Origin: Vicugna vicugna
Lineage: Eukaryota
Length of the DNA: 64,000 bases
Assembly (NCBI GenBank): GCA_013265495.1
Contig: MU058153.1
Location: 1,490,001-1,554,000 of the forward strand
Reading direction: 5' to 3'
The first letter of the stretch is position 1. Every line of letters begins with the position of its first letter. The position numbers and the translations under genes are program-made. This document shows positions 36,958-49,626 of this stretch, piece after piece. Under the pieces are notes generated by a model. It worked only from the letters and a program-made list of their open reading frames with translations. It searched no databases and was not told where the DNA came from.

Positions 36958-37081
36958 GGGGGAGGGGATAGCTCAGTGGTAGAGCGCATGCTCAGCATGC
37001 ACGAGGTCCTCAGTTCAATCCCCAGTACCTGTTGTTAAAAAATAAATAAGCCTAATTACCTTCCCCGCCCCTGCCCCCTGA
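36958..37081 (+). mobile_element. tRNA-Ala-derived SINE (Vic-1 type)
   Basis: GGGGGAGGGGATAGCTCAGTGGTAGAGCGCATGCTCAGCATGCACGAGGTCCTCAGTTCAATCCCCAGTACC plus CCTAATTACC tail; degenerate TSD AATAAGCT..AAGG. Confidence 0.92.
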
Positions 37082-38397
37082 AATAAGCTCCAAGGAAGTC
37101 CCCTGCATATTGTGGAGTTCTTCAGGATCCTTGTCTTCTATTTAACGTGACCAATCAACACAGATGTGAATTGGCTTCATGGACTGGAAGCATCATAGGG
37201 TTTGGACCCAAACCGGAGTGAATCCTAAAGAGCCAGATCGTGTCTGTTCCTCTGTCCACTGTACGTCCCTATCCAGAGCCCCTTTCCTTTTCACTCATTG
37301 CCACATGAACCCAATCTAAATGGCTTTCCCCCCAGTTTTAGTCTTTTAATGAACATGCACAACTTGTCATTCTCACCCTAAACAATACCATTCAAGCACC
37401 ATTTTAATTTTGCCAAGAGCCCTGGAGAAACATCCAGCCCTCATTAAAACCAGTTTCCTCTCCAGTCATGTCCCCTCTTTCATTTCCTGATTTTAAACTT
37501 CCTTTCCTTGGGAAAGAATATTGTGTCTAAGTAGGCTGGAAGTCACGTGGCCCCCACTCAAGAATCTGCCCTTTTCTACTCTGCATTAATATGAATTTGA
37601 CCAGGGCTCCAGTACTAATCCGCACCTTACCCTGTTATTCATCCCTTTGTTTTTTCCACGCTGCCTTCCCAGCACTTTTCCAGAGCCCTTTTTGTCATAG
37701 AATGTTCACCACGAGTCATTTCTGTGGGTAAATGCGTCTCAAACTAGACAATGGGGAAGTACCGAGGCCCGCCTTCTTCCGGTGGCTTCTGAAATTTTTC
37801 CTTCGTGCCTTGTATTAGTGACTAATCTTCACGTTGACACATTATCCAAACATAACATCACATGTTTACAAACATCTTAGCTGGAATTAATTAAATCAAG
37901 GGGTGTAAAAATAGCTATTAATTATCATCTTCATCCCCATTATTTGGGGAATATGCAAATGAGCAATATTTTCCATTCCACGTCTTCACTGATACACAGT
38001 GCTACCACTTCCTACATCTGCTACAATCTGATGAAGAAAAAGGGTTGAAATAGAGTCTGTGTGCTTTCAAGGAAAATCTCTGATTTGGAAGACAGCAGTT
38101 TTCCTTGTTGTGGGAGCAATTTGCAGAATTCTAGGCTGGATGCTGGGTGGAAAGTTCTAGATCTTCTGGAAATTTGCCAGGAGTGATAAGGCCAAAGGTT
38201 GGTGTTACTGAGGAATATATAGTGGACTTGCTTTAATTGCACTCTGGGATTCCTCTGTTGAAATGCCCGTTCACTTGACTGATGTGGAATCAGCGAAGCC
38301 TCTGGTCCAAGGGGTCACAATGCAGGGAGGGCATCTGGAGGAGGCATCAGTGAGCCAGGGATGCTGCTGTGTGAACTTCCATCACGTGAATGCTGCA

Positions 38398-38615
38398 GCA
38401 GTAACTTTGACCCTTTCTGACTGCAACCCATAATAAAAGCACATTTTCTATCTCAACCCTGTTATAAGCATATATTGGTAACTCCATTCTAAACGCATAC
38501 AATTTTCAGTATACAATGCACTCTGAGAGCCTCTGTCATTTTATTTAATGCAGATCATGATCCGTAGGTTGATTTTATGACCAACTGGTGGTCAATACCC
38601 AGTTTGAAAAACCGT
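38398..38615. mobile_element. hAT-Charlie-type MITE, degenerate
   Basis: Ends ..TTGATTTTATGACCAACTGGTGGTCAATACCCAGTTTGAAAAAC, resembling a Charlie-family terminus. Confidence 0.5.
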
Positions 38616-38849
38616 TTTCTTATAGGGCTGCAGTGACTTGTTCAGCTCACGTTCGTATGCATTCTCCTGTGTGACCATCACAGCTGCCTGATGCTATGCG
38701 AGTCTGAACATTTTTATATTAATACTTAATATTCTAACAAGAAAAGCACACATATCAGAAGCGTCCGTGGGGACCCCAGGAACGATCACTAGCCTGACGT
38801 CTAGGGGCCTGGATTAAGTTTGCCTGTTTATGTTACAGCCATTGTTTTT

Positions 38850-39250
38850 GTACTTTATAGAAATCACAGGTTACTCTTCTGTATCTAGCATCTTCCGTTT
38901 GCACTGTATTTGTGAGATTCACTCATGTTGTCGTGAGACTACTAAGTGTGAGATTGCTCGTGCTCATTTCTACATCGTGTTCTTCTGGGTGCTTAAGTAC
39001 AGCTTACCCATTTGTTTGTCATTCGTCACTGGGGCAGTTCTGGCTTGGCCCGTAAGGACTAAATAATGCTGCCATAAACATTCTAGCACATGCCTTTGGT
39101 AAACCATGGACGCGTTTGTGTTGGTGGTGGAGACCTAGGACCGGAATGATGGGGTCACAGGGCATGAACATGTTCAGCTTTATGGAAGACAACCAATCAG
39201 TGGTCTAAAGTGGGTGAACCCATTTATGCTCCTCCCAGTAGTGGGATGGT
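38850..39250 (-). mobile_element. Ancient L1 (L1ME-like) 3' region
   Basis: TTTGTGAGATTCACTCATGTTGT..AATAATGCTGCCATAAACATTCT..ACCTAGGACCGGAATGATGGGGTCA..ATGTTCAGCTTTA. Confidence 0.75.
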
Positions 39251-39479
39251 TTTAAGCCTTAGTATCCAGTTCATTTTTACATAGGAAAAACAAGACTCGG
39301 GACTGAAGCTGGTTACTGAAGTCACAGAGCTAAGATGTGATAGAATTAGAACTAATCCTGGACAGCGGAGTCCAAAGTCAGTGGTTTTGTTTGTTTGGTT
39401 TTCCTTTCTGTTTCTCATTAACATTTATGAAGGCCTTTAAAGAGCTCATTTCGCCTTTTCTTCATCTTCTCCGGGTCCC

Positions 39480-39740
39480 CTCACATACATGAACACACAG
39501 ACACATCACACACTCTGCTCTCTGTGTAGATACACACATAGACTCCCTCAACACGCATACACAGACACAAATGAACAATGGCATACACACAGACGCGTGC
39601 ACCCAGAGACACAGAGGCACGTGCAGACCCAGACACTTACCGACATAGACACATAGATACACATACACGTGTACACATACATAGCAGTGGACATGGAGAC
39701 ACATGCAAACACGTACACTGATACACATTCATAGACACAA
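39480..39740 (+). repeat. Degenerate (CA)-rich low-complexity tract
   Basis: CACA/CATA/GACA iterations; this explains the VC-rich ORF 39462..39728. Confidence 0.85.
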
Positions 39741-39751
39741 GTACGTTAATT

Positions 39752-39839
39752 GTCTTTTTTTAATGGGGCTACTGGGGATTGAACCCAGGACCTCCTACAT
39801 GCTAAGCACGCACTCTACCACTGAGCTATACCCTCCCCC
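39752..39839 (-). mobile_element. tRNA-Ala-derived SINE (short form, no CCTAATTACC tail)
   Basis: Reverse complement GGGGAGGGTATAGCTCAGTGGTAGAGTGCGTGCTTAGCATGTAGGAGGTCCTGGGTTCAATCCCCAGTAGCCCCATTAAAAAAA; TSD ACAAGTACGTTAAT / ACAAGTACTTTGAT. Confidence 0.92.
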
Positions 39840-40166
39840 AACAAGTACTTTGATATACTTGGTTACATGCCATGGTTTTTCATATTTCATACTTTGACCA
39901 ACAGAAAAACAAACTCTTTAAGATTATAGCTGCATGATGCATGGATTCTCCATAAATATGTGTGTATAGGCTTAGTTTTGGAGTGATTTGATTTTTCTAT
40001 TTTTAAGTTTTCTGGAGAAGTACATTTACACCCTACTTTATAGTAACATGTTCTAAGTAACATTTCCTATTCGTATTCTGCTGAATTATTCAGAGGAGAT
40101 ACTTTTGTCAATGATTGAAATGCAGGCTCTACAATTTGGAGAGATAAGGAAGGAAAAATATATATA

Positions 40167-40758
40167 TATATTTAGTTTTTTATTGCTATATAACAAATAA
40201 CTACAAATGTATTAACTTAAAACAGCATACATTTATTATCTCAGTTTTGGGATAGGATTCTGGACACAGCTTGATGGGGTCCTGAGCTCAGGGTCTCAAA
40301 AACCTGCCAGCATGGCATCGGCCAGGCTCTAGGTAGAGCTTGGGGGTCTTTTACAGGCTTAAGTAATTATTGGCAGAATTTAATTCCTTATAGCTTAGGA
40401 CTCAGGCCCTGGCTTTCTTGCTGGCTGTCAGCCGGGTCACACACTCAGCCCCTTGTAGTTCTTTGCCCCATCACCCTTTCACAACCAGCAGCTTAGTTCT
40501 CGAAGGTCTGCAGAGGAATCTCTTGCTCCAGTCTCCTAAGGCAGATCTTACTTAACGTTATGTAATCGTAGGCCTGACCTCCCATCACCTTTGCTGGGTG
40601 TGTAATGTACCCTAATCCACATAGCGACTGTCCTACCACTTCTGCCATTTTTTTTTTCAATTGGCTGGAAGCAAGTTATTCGTACCACTCATACTCAAAG
40701 AGCGGAGCGAGTATACAGTGGTGTGGCTCGGGGTCATCTTAGAATTGTGCCTGCCATG
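40167..40758 (-). mobile_element. MLT1 (MaLR) LTR
   Basis: TTAGTTTTTTATTGCTATATAACAAATAACTAC..TTAAAACAGCATACATTTATTATCTCAGTT..GGGTCATCTTAGAATTGTGCCTGCCA. Confidence 0.85.
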
Positions 40759-43700
40759 CGTGGCTTGTGAATGTCCTTTTATGCGGTACTTCTAACCATG
40801 TGGCCATAATTGCTGGTATGCTATAATGATCAGTATCTACTCATGGGACGTGAAGACTGTAGAAGCAACTTGCAGTCTAGTTAGTACATAACAACATACC
40901 GAATTTTAGAATAGACACATATTCACACATACATGGATTCAAAGATGCATGTATAGTTCTTTTTAATTTCACACCATATCATACGCTGGAATCAGCAGCA
41001 ATTCAGTCTATACACTTGATCCCTTGCCACCAAATGCCTTTGTAGTGTAGGTCTTTTCCACCCAGTGACTTCTTTAAGAGGGAGTTCATATCACCTTACT
41101 CTCACCTCCAGTACGAATGAGAAGAGATTCAGAACATCAAAGGAGGTGGTGACTCCGTTTGAAAGCCAGCGCGCTTTGTTCTAAACCCTCTGAAAGGCAG
41201 CCAATGCTTATTAAAATCAAACCTTCGAGATAATGTGAAGCTACCCTTCTCTCTGGGCTGTATTATAAAATCTGGTTCAAAAGAGATCGAAAACTTTTAA
41301 TGGGTGTAAATGTTCCGGCACATGGCATGGTGGACTGGGCATGGACGAGAGGCGCTGGGCTTCCTGGGAAGGATGCCCAGCGCTGGCGTAAGGGGACCAC
41401 TGTGAGGACTTTCCTTGCTTGGCTCTCGGACATATAGCATGCCTGCGTAATCAGGACGAGGTGCAATATGCCTGCTGCCCTTTAACAAAACTGCAGTAGG
41501 AGACAAAAGACACAAGAGGTAGGTAGCGGACATGATGAGAGGGATAATGGAGCCTCTAGATGAGGTGAGATGGCAAATGAGAGCATCTCATCCGGAAAGG
41601 TTCAGAGTACACTGGGAGTTCGGTGCTATTTCGTGAAAATGATCACAGGAAAGGCCGCCCAAGCCTTTCTTTCTGAGCGGGTGCTTGGAAGTACGTGTTA
41701 AAGTGCCTCCTCTTTGGATGTGGACAGCCGGGACGACAGACCTGGCTCTGCTACCTTCCAGCTTTGACAGAATAACTGAACTTTATTAAGTCACCGTTCC
41801 CTTATCATGGGAGTGGATATAAATTACGTACCTTACATAAAGCGTTTGTTATGGTGTGTGGCCCTAAAAACACAGCAGCAAAACAAGGAAATGAGCGGAA
41901 GAACTTGTGGCTACAGAGATGGTAGAACCCTTGCAGGTTTCTCCAAGTAGCTCATTATCAAATGTGGGGGTGGGTGGTTGGTACTCAGGCAGAAGAATAA
42001 CTGCAGAGCGACCTCCTAACCCCTACAACAGTGATGGGAAGTCCCAGCCTTCAAGAGGGATCAGAGATCAAGAGAGATCAGACAGGTGATCCCTCGCTCT
42101 GCCACTTACCCTAGATGCCAAGGAGGCAGTCTTTTTGTTCCACTGATGCCTCTTTCTCTAATTCTGTCCCCCAAGTTATTAGAATTCATTTTCTTTTAAC
42201 CTTTCCACCAAAGAAAGATGGCAAAAGGGAAGCATCAGTGAAGAGGGTTTGCAACTGGGATGCTTATGAGCTAATGAAGGTCAAACAGACTGGGTCCCTG
42301 GAGAGGAGACAACAGAACTGGGACCTGGAAATGACATCTGGGATAATAATGGTCAAATGGTCAGTCTCTCTCTCTCTCTCCCCCCCCTTTCTCTCTCTCT
42401 TCCCCCCCCCCCACCCCCAGGAACCAGTTTTCCAGACAATAGACGTCTTCAGACGGTGACGATGAATAAGAAGTTAAATCATTGAAACCATGAATATGAT
42501 CCATTGTTCACTTGCACTCATTCATGAATATTTAAAGTACTGCGTTCTCAGCCAAACTGGAGTCTTTATAGAGTTTTTCTAGACTCAAGAGAGAAAATGT
42601 TTGGGAAAAAAATCCTACCTTTTCTGCATCTGCTTTCCATTTCTTTTCCTCATCGTCCGCAGTGGTTTCTAGGATTGCAGTAACGAGGAAGGGGACAAAA
42701 CTTTGAGCATGTCACAGTCTCAGTTACTTCTATTTTCTATTTCTAGCTCAGAACAGAGCATCAAATATGTGACAGCATTTTCCAATCAGCTGGTATGGCC
42801 GGTATGGGGACGTATGAGTGGGAGCAAAAGACCTCTTATCAGGGTCAGGTTTGTCCACATAACTTAAGCAATTAACATCTGGCTTTTATTAATTAATAAT
42901 ACTCCAAAATTGCATTTCTCTTAGCTTGCCAGCTTTGAAAGGCCACCAAGAGCCTACGTTTCTTACAAACTTAAAGTTGGGAGAAACATGCAAATTGGCT
43001 ATTCTGCAACCTTTTAACCAGTCAGGTCAGCTGACTACTCTTTCTCACATGGAACTGATATGTCGTAGACTCTCATGAAGACAGTCAAGAAAGGGGAAAT
43101 ATGGGGTACACAGTAAAACACAGCAACCAAACAAGCCAAAAGAGCCATATGAACCCTGCATTCAGTCAAATCATACCATAATTTTTTTTTGGTCAAATAT
43201 TTCATATAAAACACGAGAACTCACAGAGCTTTGTTGCCTAACCAGCAGTGCTCCACTGAAATGGGAGAGACCGCTTTCAGTGCCTCAGTTTTCACTAAAA
43301 GTATTTACTGTTTTGTATTTCCCTAACCCCAACTCCGTAGATGCAAAGACGTACTTTTTTAAATCTCGTTCTTCCAGAGCCTTGAAATTGTTCAACAGAG
43401 TTGTTTTCTTTCCAGAATATATGACAGGATGCTGTACCTCTAATTTTCAAGTAACTTCTGAACGTACCCTTCTTTTGTGAGTTCTTTTAGAAATGCCAGA
43501 TACTTTTGAAATATTTAAATATTGGGAATTATTTGTTGCTGATTAAAAAATAATTTCTCTCTGTTAATTTGGGAGCCCTATTCCCAAGTTAATGAATGTT
43601 TTATTCAACGGCCATTGTCTTCAGTATCAATCATTAGCAAAATGTGAAGCATAGCCAGAAAGAAATGAGGTTAAAATTTGAAATTCAAAATCTGAGAGAT

Positions 43701-43969
43701 TTATACCTCAAATTTCGAACTCTGAACCCCATGATTCTGAAATCAGTAAAATTATTGTAACCATTATGTTGCACGAATACAAACTATAGATGTAATCATA
43801 AGGTAATTTTATTTATTTCCACCCGATTAAAATTTATTCATTGAGACTAGTTTTGTTTCTGCCCCTAGATGAAAACTTTCTGGAAATACTTATGTAATTA
43901 TAAGGCACTGTGGTAAGTAACTGACATAGCCAAATTTATAATATTTAAAACTGTGAGTTTATTTTAATA

Positions 43970-44745
43970 TTGAGATTCCTGCCTTCCGCAACACAGGCTT
44001 GGTTTGGGGTAGGAAGCCTGACATCGCAGACCAGGGTGTAGACATTTTTTTTTATTGCCACCTACTTCTGTATTCCTCCTCCTCTCCCACTGCCTGCTCT
44101 GCCTGCTCTCCTTTGTTGAATCATGGTAAGAGGGGACCAGAACAGCTTTCGCTTGCCTGGTGCTGTCTTGAGTTGGCATCAACATCTTTGGGTTTGCCAG
44201 ACATTAGAAATTGACTTTCTCATGATGGCTTTTCATATGTATGTGTTCTTTGGTGACCCAGTCTCCCTACCCCCGCATCTCCTGACACCCCTCCCCAAAT
44301 TGGCCTTGCTGAGAGCGAGGCTCTCTTCCTTGAAACATCACTCCCTCCTTCTTCAGCCCCTAGGCATCCAGACAGATTGGCCGATTCCTTCTGGTAAGCT
44401 GTTTACTTCTGCAAGCAAATCTCTTGCAGAGATTCTAAAATATCTTCAAGGCTCTCTCATCAGCTCCCTCTTATGTGTGAACAAGCTTTGGTCTCTTGCC
44501 TTCGAGATTTTTCAGACAACCCTCCTATGTCTGCTCTACTCTGCCACCACAGCCCTAGCTTCAGTCTTGACGTGAGCAACAAGCATCCTTCTGTAATCTT
44601 CTCTTTCGGGCCAATGATGGTAAGTCACAGCCCACTGACAACTCGCTCAAAGACTTTCCTCTAATAACCTTCTTAAAACCCCTCTTTACTAAAATGAGGG
44701 TTAGGACGTAAGACCCACCATTTCCCTTAAGAGTGGGACTCATAC
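43970..44745. mobile_element. Possible ancient ERV LTR
   Basis: LTR-like composition and motifs (AACAAGCTTTGGTCTCTTGCCTTC, CTTAAAACCCCTC); no clear termini or TSD. Confidence 0.3.
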
Positions 44746-44994
44746 GGTATAGTTCTCTCCAAAGAAATCCTCTTCATGTGCTTTCTCTGCTCCATTGATG
44801 CCTTTGCTCTGGGTAAGAGGCTGTGAGCTGTGCAGCCACTTACGACTCCCTCCACTGTACATCTGCACTCCCTTTGGAATGTATCGTCTACTGTGTCTTT
44901 GTTCCTTGGCTAGAGCCTCCATTTCAATATTCTTTCATTCTTATAATAATACCTAGAGGTGTAGTTTTGGTACGGATTTCATGAAGACATCGAA

Positions 44995-45290
44995 AGCATT
45001 CATTTTTTAAATTTAATAATTATTTGAATGACTTATCATGCACCAAATATTATAAATATTATTCTAGGCTCAGCAAATAAGATCGTGAACAAGCTGTGTA
45101 AAGTTCTTCCACTCATGAATGTTATAGTCTTCTGAAGGCAAGAATATAGTTTTAAAAAGAGAAAACTAAATTTTGAAAATGTAGTTTCAGAGAAAGAATA
45201 TGAGTCAGTGTGTGCAAGTGAGTCGGGGGTCCTTCTAGGAAAGCGTGTGAAGGAAAAGCTGTGAGAAAGTGACACTTGTACAGGAGTTAT
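44995..45290 (-). mobile_element. L2 3' fragment
   Basis: CATTCATT..TATTTGAATGACTTATCATGCACCAAAT..TTCTAGGCTCAG..CTCATGAATGTTATAGTCT. Confidence 0.55.
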
Positions 45291-46596
45291 TCAGATTAAT
45301 CGAGAATGATTCAGTTTACACTGTGGAATAAAAAATATATACATTTTAATATACGTAAGTGCATCTGGAGAACTATAAACAGTACGCAATGGAAAATTTC
45401 GTATGCATTTCCTGTTCTTCCTTCCTGAGGACTTGGGAAGAAACTCTTACGTCTTTGAGGGAAGATTTCCTGGTCTGATTCAGTCAGGCTCCCCGTTTTC
45501 CTCTCCAGTGGGTCCCACACAGCTGGGCTGCACTGGGATGTTTGTGACCTTGTATCAGGGCTCTTAATACGTTTGTTGACTATTCTTAGTCTCCGCTAAT
45601 GAGATCGCTCAGAGTTCACTCTGAGTATCACATCTTAATCACTTGATTTCTGCAGACGTTTCTTTTCTCCAAATCAACTCTTCAAAATGCCTACTGCTCT
45701 GTGCTCATTAACCTGGGAATGGCTTCTCTAACTTCGATCTGAACATTTTTCTCCAACATCTGAGACATCTGTCCTGATCAGGATTCTCCAAGCAGTAACA
45801 ATGGGAAGAGGGTTGTAGGCTCTTGAGTGTGAAAAAAAGAAAACAAAAAAAAAATCAATGACCAAATTTCCATCTGCATTTTTTTCTTTATGTGGAAGTA
45901 CGGACTTCACTCTCTCGCAGTGTAGCATAATTAAGATCTTCCCCATCTCCACTGTCTGCTCGATTCCACTTAATCATTTCATGCTCACTAAGGTTTAGGT
46001 GACTTAGAGATAACAAAATAATTAGTCAGTGAGTAAATGAATGAGTAAAGAGATGAATATTCATCAACTGACAAGTGTTTTTTTTTTCTTATGCTTTTCT
46101 CTTACTCTTAACCCACAATTAATATGATGCAAGCTTCATGATAAAGACAGCAGCCCTCATTTAAAAAGACACAATATAAGAATAGGACCAAATGTCAGTA
46201 TAAACGTGTACATTTCTTTCACGTGCTGGTGGATATTAAGTTGGTGACCTGTATTTTTACACAGTTGCCACTTTGATGGGTCACAGAAAAGATCTCTCAG
46301 GTGCACAGATGTCCTAGTCCAGGGCCAGAGAGCAGCAGCTCCCCGTCACCCTCACTGTGGCCAAATTTCACACGCCCGGGGATATATTCTCTTGTTTTAA
46401 GCTTGCTCTAGTAAGGCTATTTCTAAATACTGTTTGTTTTGGAATGCCAAATCCTAGATTTCTCTTTGCTCTTAAGAGACAAGAGAATAAATTACAAACC
46501 ATAATTGATAAATTGAAAATGTAGCTGCAGATACAGGTCATTTCTGATGTTGAAATCACTCTGAAAAAGTGAGCTTATTTAAAAATAAACTTGACA

Positions 46597-46909
46597 GAAA
46601 CAGACTCATAGACATAGAATACAAACTTGTGGTTGCCAGGGGGAGGCGGGGTGGGAAGGGACAGACTGGGAGTTCGAAATTTGTAGATACTGATAGGCAT
46701 ATGTAGACTAGGTAAACAAGATTATACCATATAGCACAGGGAACTATATACAAGTTCTTGTGGTGGCTCACAGGGAAAAATAATGCAACAATGAATATAT
46801 GTGTGTTCATGTATAACTGAAAAATTGTGCTCTACACTGGAAATTGACACAACATTGTAAACTGACTATAACGCAATAAAAACATTAAAAATTAAAAATT
46901 TAAATAAAT
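46597..46909 (+). mobile_element. Young 5'-truncated L1 3' end
   Basis: GAAACAGACTCATAGACATAGAATACAAACTTGTGGTTGCCAGGG..ACAACATTGTAAACTGACTATAAC plus A-rich tail; perfect 14-bp TSD AAATAAACTTGACA (46583-46596 / 46910-46923). Confidence 0.95.
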
Positions 46910-48163
46910 AAATAAACTTGACAAACACTTAGCAGAAAAAATTACTATGTGGATGCTCTGGAATGTCTTATGGGAACGGCGCACATTGGAACAGCCCAAT
47001 GTAGGGAATAATGACAGGGACTTCATGAAGCCTTGTTCCTCCTCCAGAATCCAGGACTATATTATAGGCCTCGAGCTACATTCCCATACAATGGCTCACT
47101 CAGCATGAAAATGTGGCCTTCATCAAGAGAGTTCACCCGATAGACTATGGCAGAATGCCATCTCCTGTCTCTGACTTCACTGAGACGCGCAGACACTCCA
47201 ACACTCAGCCCTCTATCAGAACTTCAACCTGATGGGGAAGATAAATTATACTTGACTTGAAGTCGTCATTTCTTCAGAAGACGTTAACTGTAAGAATGGG
47301 TATTACTTTGTTTAAACCAATCTCTCCGTGTATTCAGAAGAGGTCCCTGAAGGAGAAAGTTAATCTAGAAAGTACAGGTCTCTAGAGGTTTAAGTCCAGA
47401 ATACACGCAGGCCACTGAAGTGGTAACTGTTGTGCAATTAGGCCCTGAAACTTTGTCAGACCTGTTCCCAGAGTGTCGTCTTCACCCGAAGAAAACGCAG
47501 AGTCTCTGGCATTCCAGAGTGTAGCCTGAATGGTGTACCATTTTCAGGGTATGACCGATCCCTTAGGTTCTGCTGGGATGCCCCAGGGAACTGCATAGAA
47601 ATGGGAAAGAGTTGGAGCAGCCTTGTTTCAAAACACCGAGCAGGACAGACTGTTAAAGTGAAATGAGATGAGGCACAACTAGCCGTAAGGACAGGGACAA
47701 GGGCCAGACTAACAGAGAAGGTGATATTTTCAAAAGCTAAGGAGGTGGAGGTGATCCCTTGATACAGATGCACTTGCAGGCACATGGGACACATGGCAGA
47801 GGGGAGTTCAGGAACAGATGACACTTGGACCGCTACATTGGTGGATGGCAGAAGGCAACTTTTTGGTTTCTCTTACCATCATCCCCATATTCCTAAGCAA
47901 ATATTCTTGATACTTACCTCCAGAACAGCCCCTTGATTTTCTAATTCTCTCTACTCCTGCTCTGCCACTTAGGACTCAGCCATCTCTCCCATACACTCCA
48001 GATCTGCTCTTGGTCCCTTCAATCAGTTCTCATACTAGCAGAGTGATGGTTTAAAAGTCTAGGTAAGCCTGTGTTATTTTCCAGCGTGAAAGTCTGCAAG
48101 AGCTTGCCACTGCATATGGAACGCAGAGAAACTTCTTGCCCTGCCCTTTCAGACCTAACTCTC

Positions 48164-48619
48164 TGTGACGGGTTGAACGGTGGCTTCCTAAAAGATATAT
48201 TTGCATCCTAAGGCCCTGAACCTTTGGATGTGACCTTATTTGGAAAAAAAACATGATGTTTGCAGATATAATTAAGTTGAAGATCTTGACATGAGATCAT
48301 CCTGGGCTATCCAAGTGGGCCCTAAACACAGTGATGATGTCCTTATAAGAGACACCCATAGGAGAGACACATGGGGAAGAGAAGAAGCCATGAGAAGATT
48401 GAGGCAAAGGCGGGAGTTCTGTAGCCACAAACCAAGAATATCTGGATCCACCAGAGCTGGAAGAGGCAAGGAAAAAATCTCCCCCAAAGTCTCTGAGGAC
48501 TCTTGCTGACATCCCCGTTTCCGATGTCTGGCCTCCACGGCCGGGAGAGAATAAATTCCTGTTGTCTTCAGTCATCAAATTTGTGATCATTGTCGTGGAA
48601 ACCAAAGGAAACTGATATA
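48164..48619 (+). mobile_element. MLT1B/C-like MaLR LTR, full length
   Basis: TGTGACGGGTTGAA..GTGACCTTATTTGGAAA..TGCAGATATAATTAAG..GAATAAATTCCTGTTG..GGAAACTGATATA. Confidence 0.9.
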
Positions 48620-48716
48620 TTCTGCATCTACATCCCCTCCTCTTCTGCTTTCTCACTCTGTTCCTACCAGACTAGCTTATATGACCCCTTGTTATTCTTT
48701 AAGTGTAACATGCTTC

Positions 48717-49080
48717 TTTTCTTGTCTGTTTGGCCTGCTATAGCAAAATACCACAGATTGGGTATCTTAGAAGCAAAAGAACTTATTTTTCATATTTCTG
48801 GAGGGTTGAAGTCAAAGATCAGGGTGCCAGCATGGCCAGGGGAGGGCCCTCTTCCAGGTTGCAGACTCCTCATTGTATCCTTACTGGGAGAAAGGGGTTA
48901 GGGGCATCTCTGGAGCCTCTTTGACAAGGGCACTAACCCCATTCATGAAGGCTCCATCCTGATGACCTCGTCACCTTCCAAAGGCCCCACGTCCTAATAC
49001 CATCATTACCACCACATTGGGCATTAGATTTAACATACGAATTTGGGTGGCAGAGGGACACAGACGTTCAGACTATAGCA
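48717..49080 (-). mobile_element. MLT1A-like MaLR LTR, full length
   Basis: CTGCTATAGCAAAATACCACAGATTGGGT..CAAAGATCAGGGTGCCAGCATGG..CCCCATTCATGAAGGCTCC..TTCAGACTATAGCA. Confidence 0.9.
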
Positions 49081-49585
49081 CTTTCCCAGGCTTAGAACCT
49101 TTATATTAGCTCTTCTCTCTGCTTGGAAGACTTTTCTCTTCGATCTTTTTATGTCTGCATTCCTTCCTGTCATTCTTGAAGCTCAGTGTCTCTTTTTCAG
49201 AAGGGATCTTCCTAGATCAAATCAGTGTAATATTCCCCATCAGTCATTCCCTGACTCATCACTCTTATATTTGCATTTTGGTACATATCTCTACCTGATC
49301 TTTTCTGGTTTGCTTATTATCTGTCTTAACCATTAAAAGCAAACTCTGTGAAGTGAGAGTGTGTTACTCTCTGACTCACCGTAGAATTCTGAGTGTCTAG
49401 AATCGTCCCCGGTATTTAGTAAGCATTCAGTTAATGCTGAATGAGATGCATGTCAGAAAGGCTATCAACGTTGGAGGGAATTAAGGTGGTAATTTCGGAT
49501 ATCTAGAAATTTAAGGAACGAGCCAGGCCCTTCGTTATTGAGGGCCTAGGTTATTGGCTGTGTTATAATAACAATGACTTAGACT

Positions 49586-49626
49586 CTCTCTGTGGGCGAG
49601 TCAGATGATAAAGGAGGAAGTCAGAA
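49586..49626 (+). repeat. 41-bp dispersed direct repeat, copy A
   Basis: 38/41 identical to 51267-51307. Confidence 0.9.

Larger units (their letters stand above)
47870..49450 (+). mobile_element. L2 3' region interrupted by two MLT1 LTRs
   Basis: L2-like motifs before 48164, between the LTRs and after 49080, ending GTCTAGAATCGTCCCCGGTATTTAGTAAGCATTCAGTTAATGCTGAATG. Confidence 0.6.

Noticed and set aside
39462..39728. Cys/Val-rich 88-aa peptide
   Set aside because: It is the translation of a degenerate (TG)n tract.
44123..44575. Longest ORF (150 aa) as a retroviral or cellular gene
   Set aside because: No gag/pol/env or other motifs; it lies in LTR-like, pyrimidine-rich sequence.
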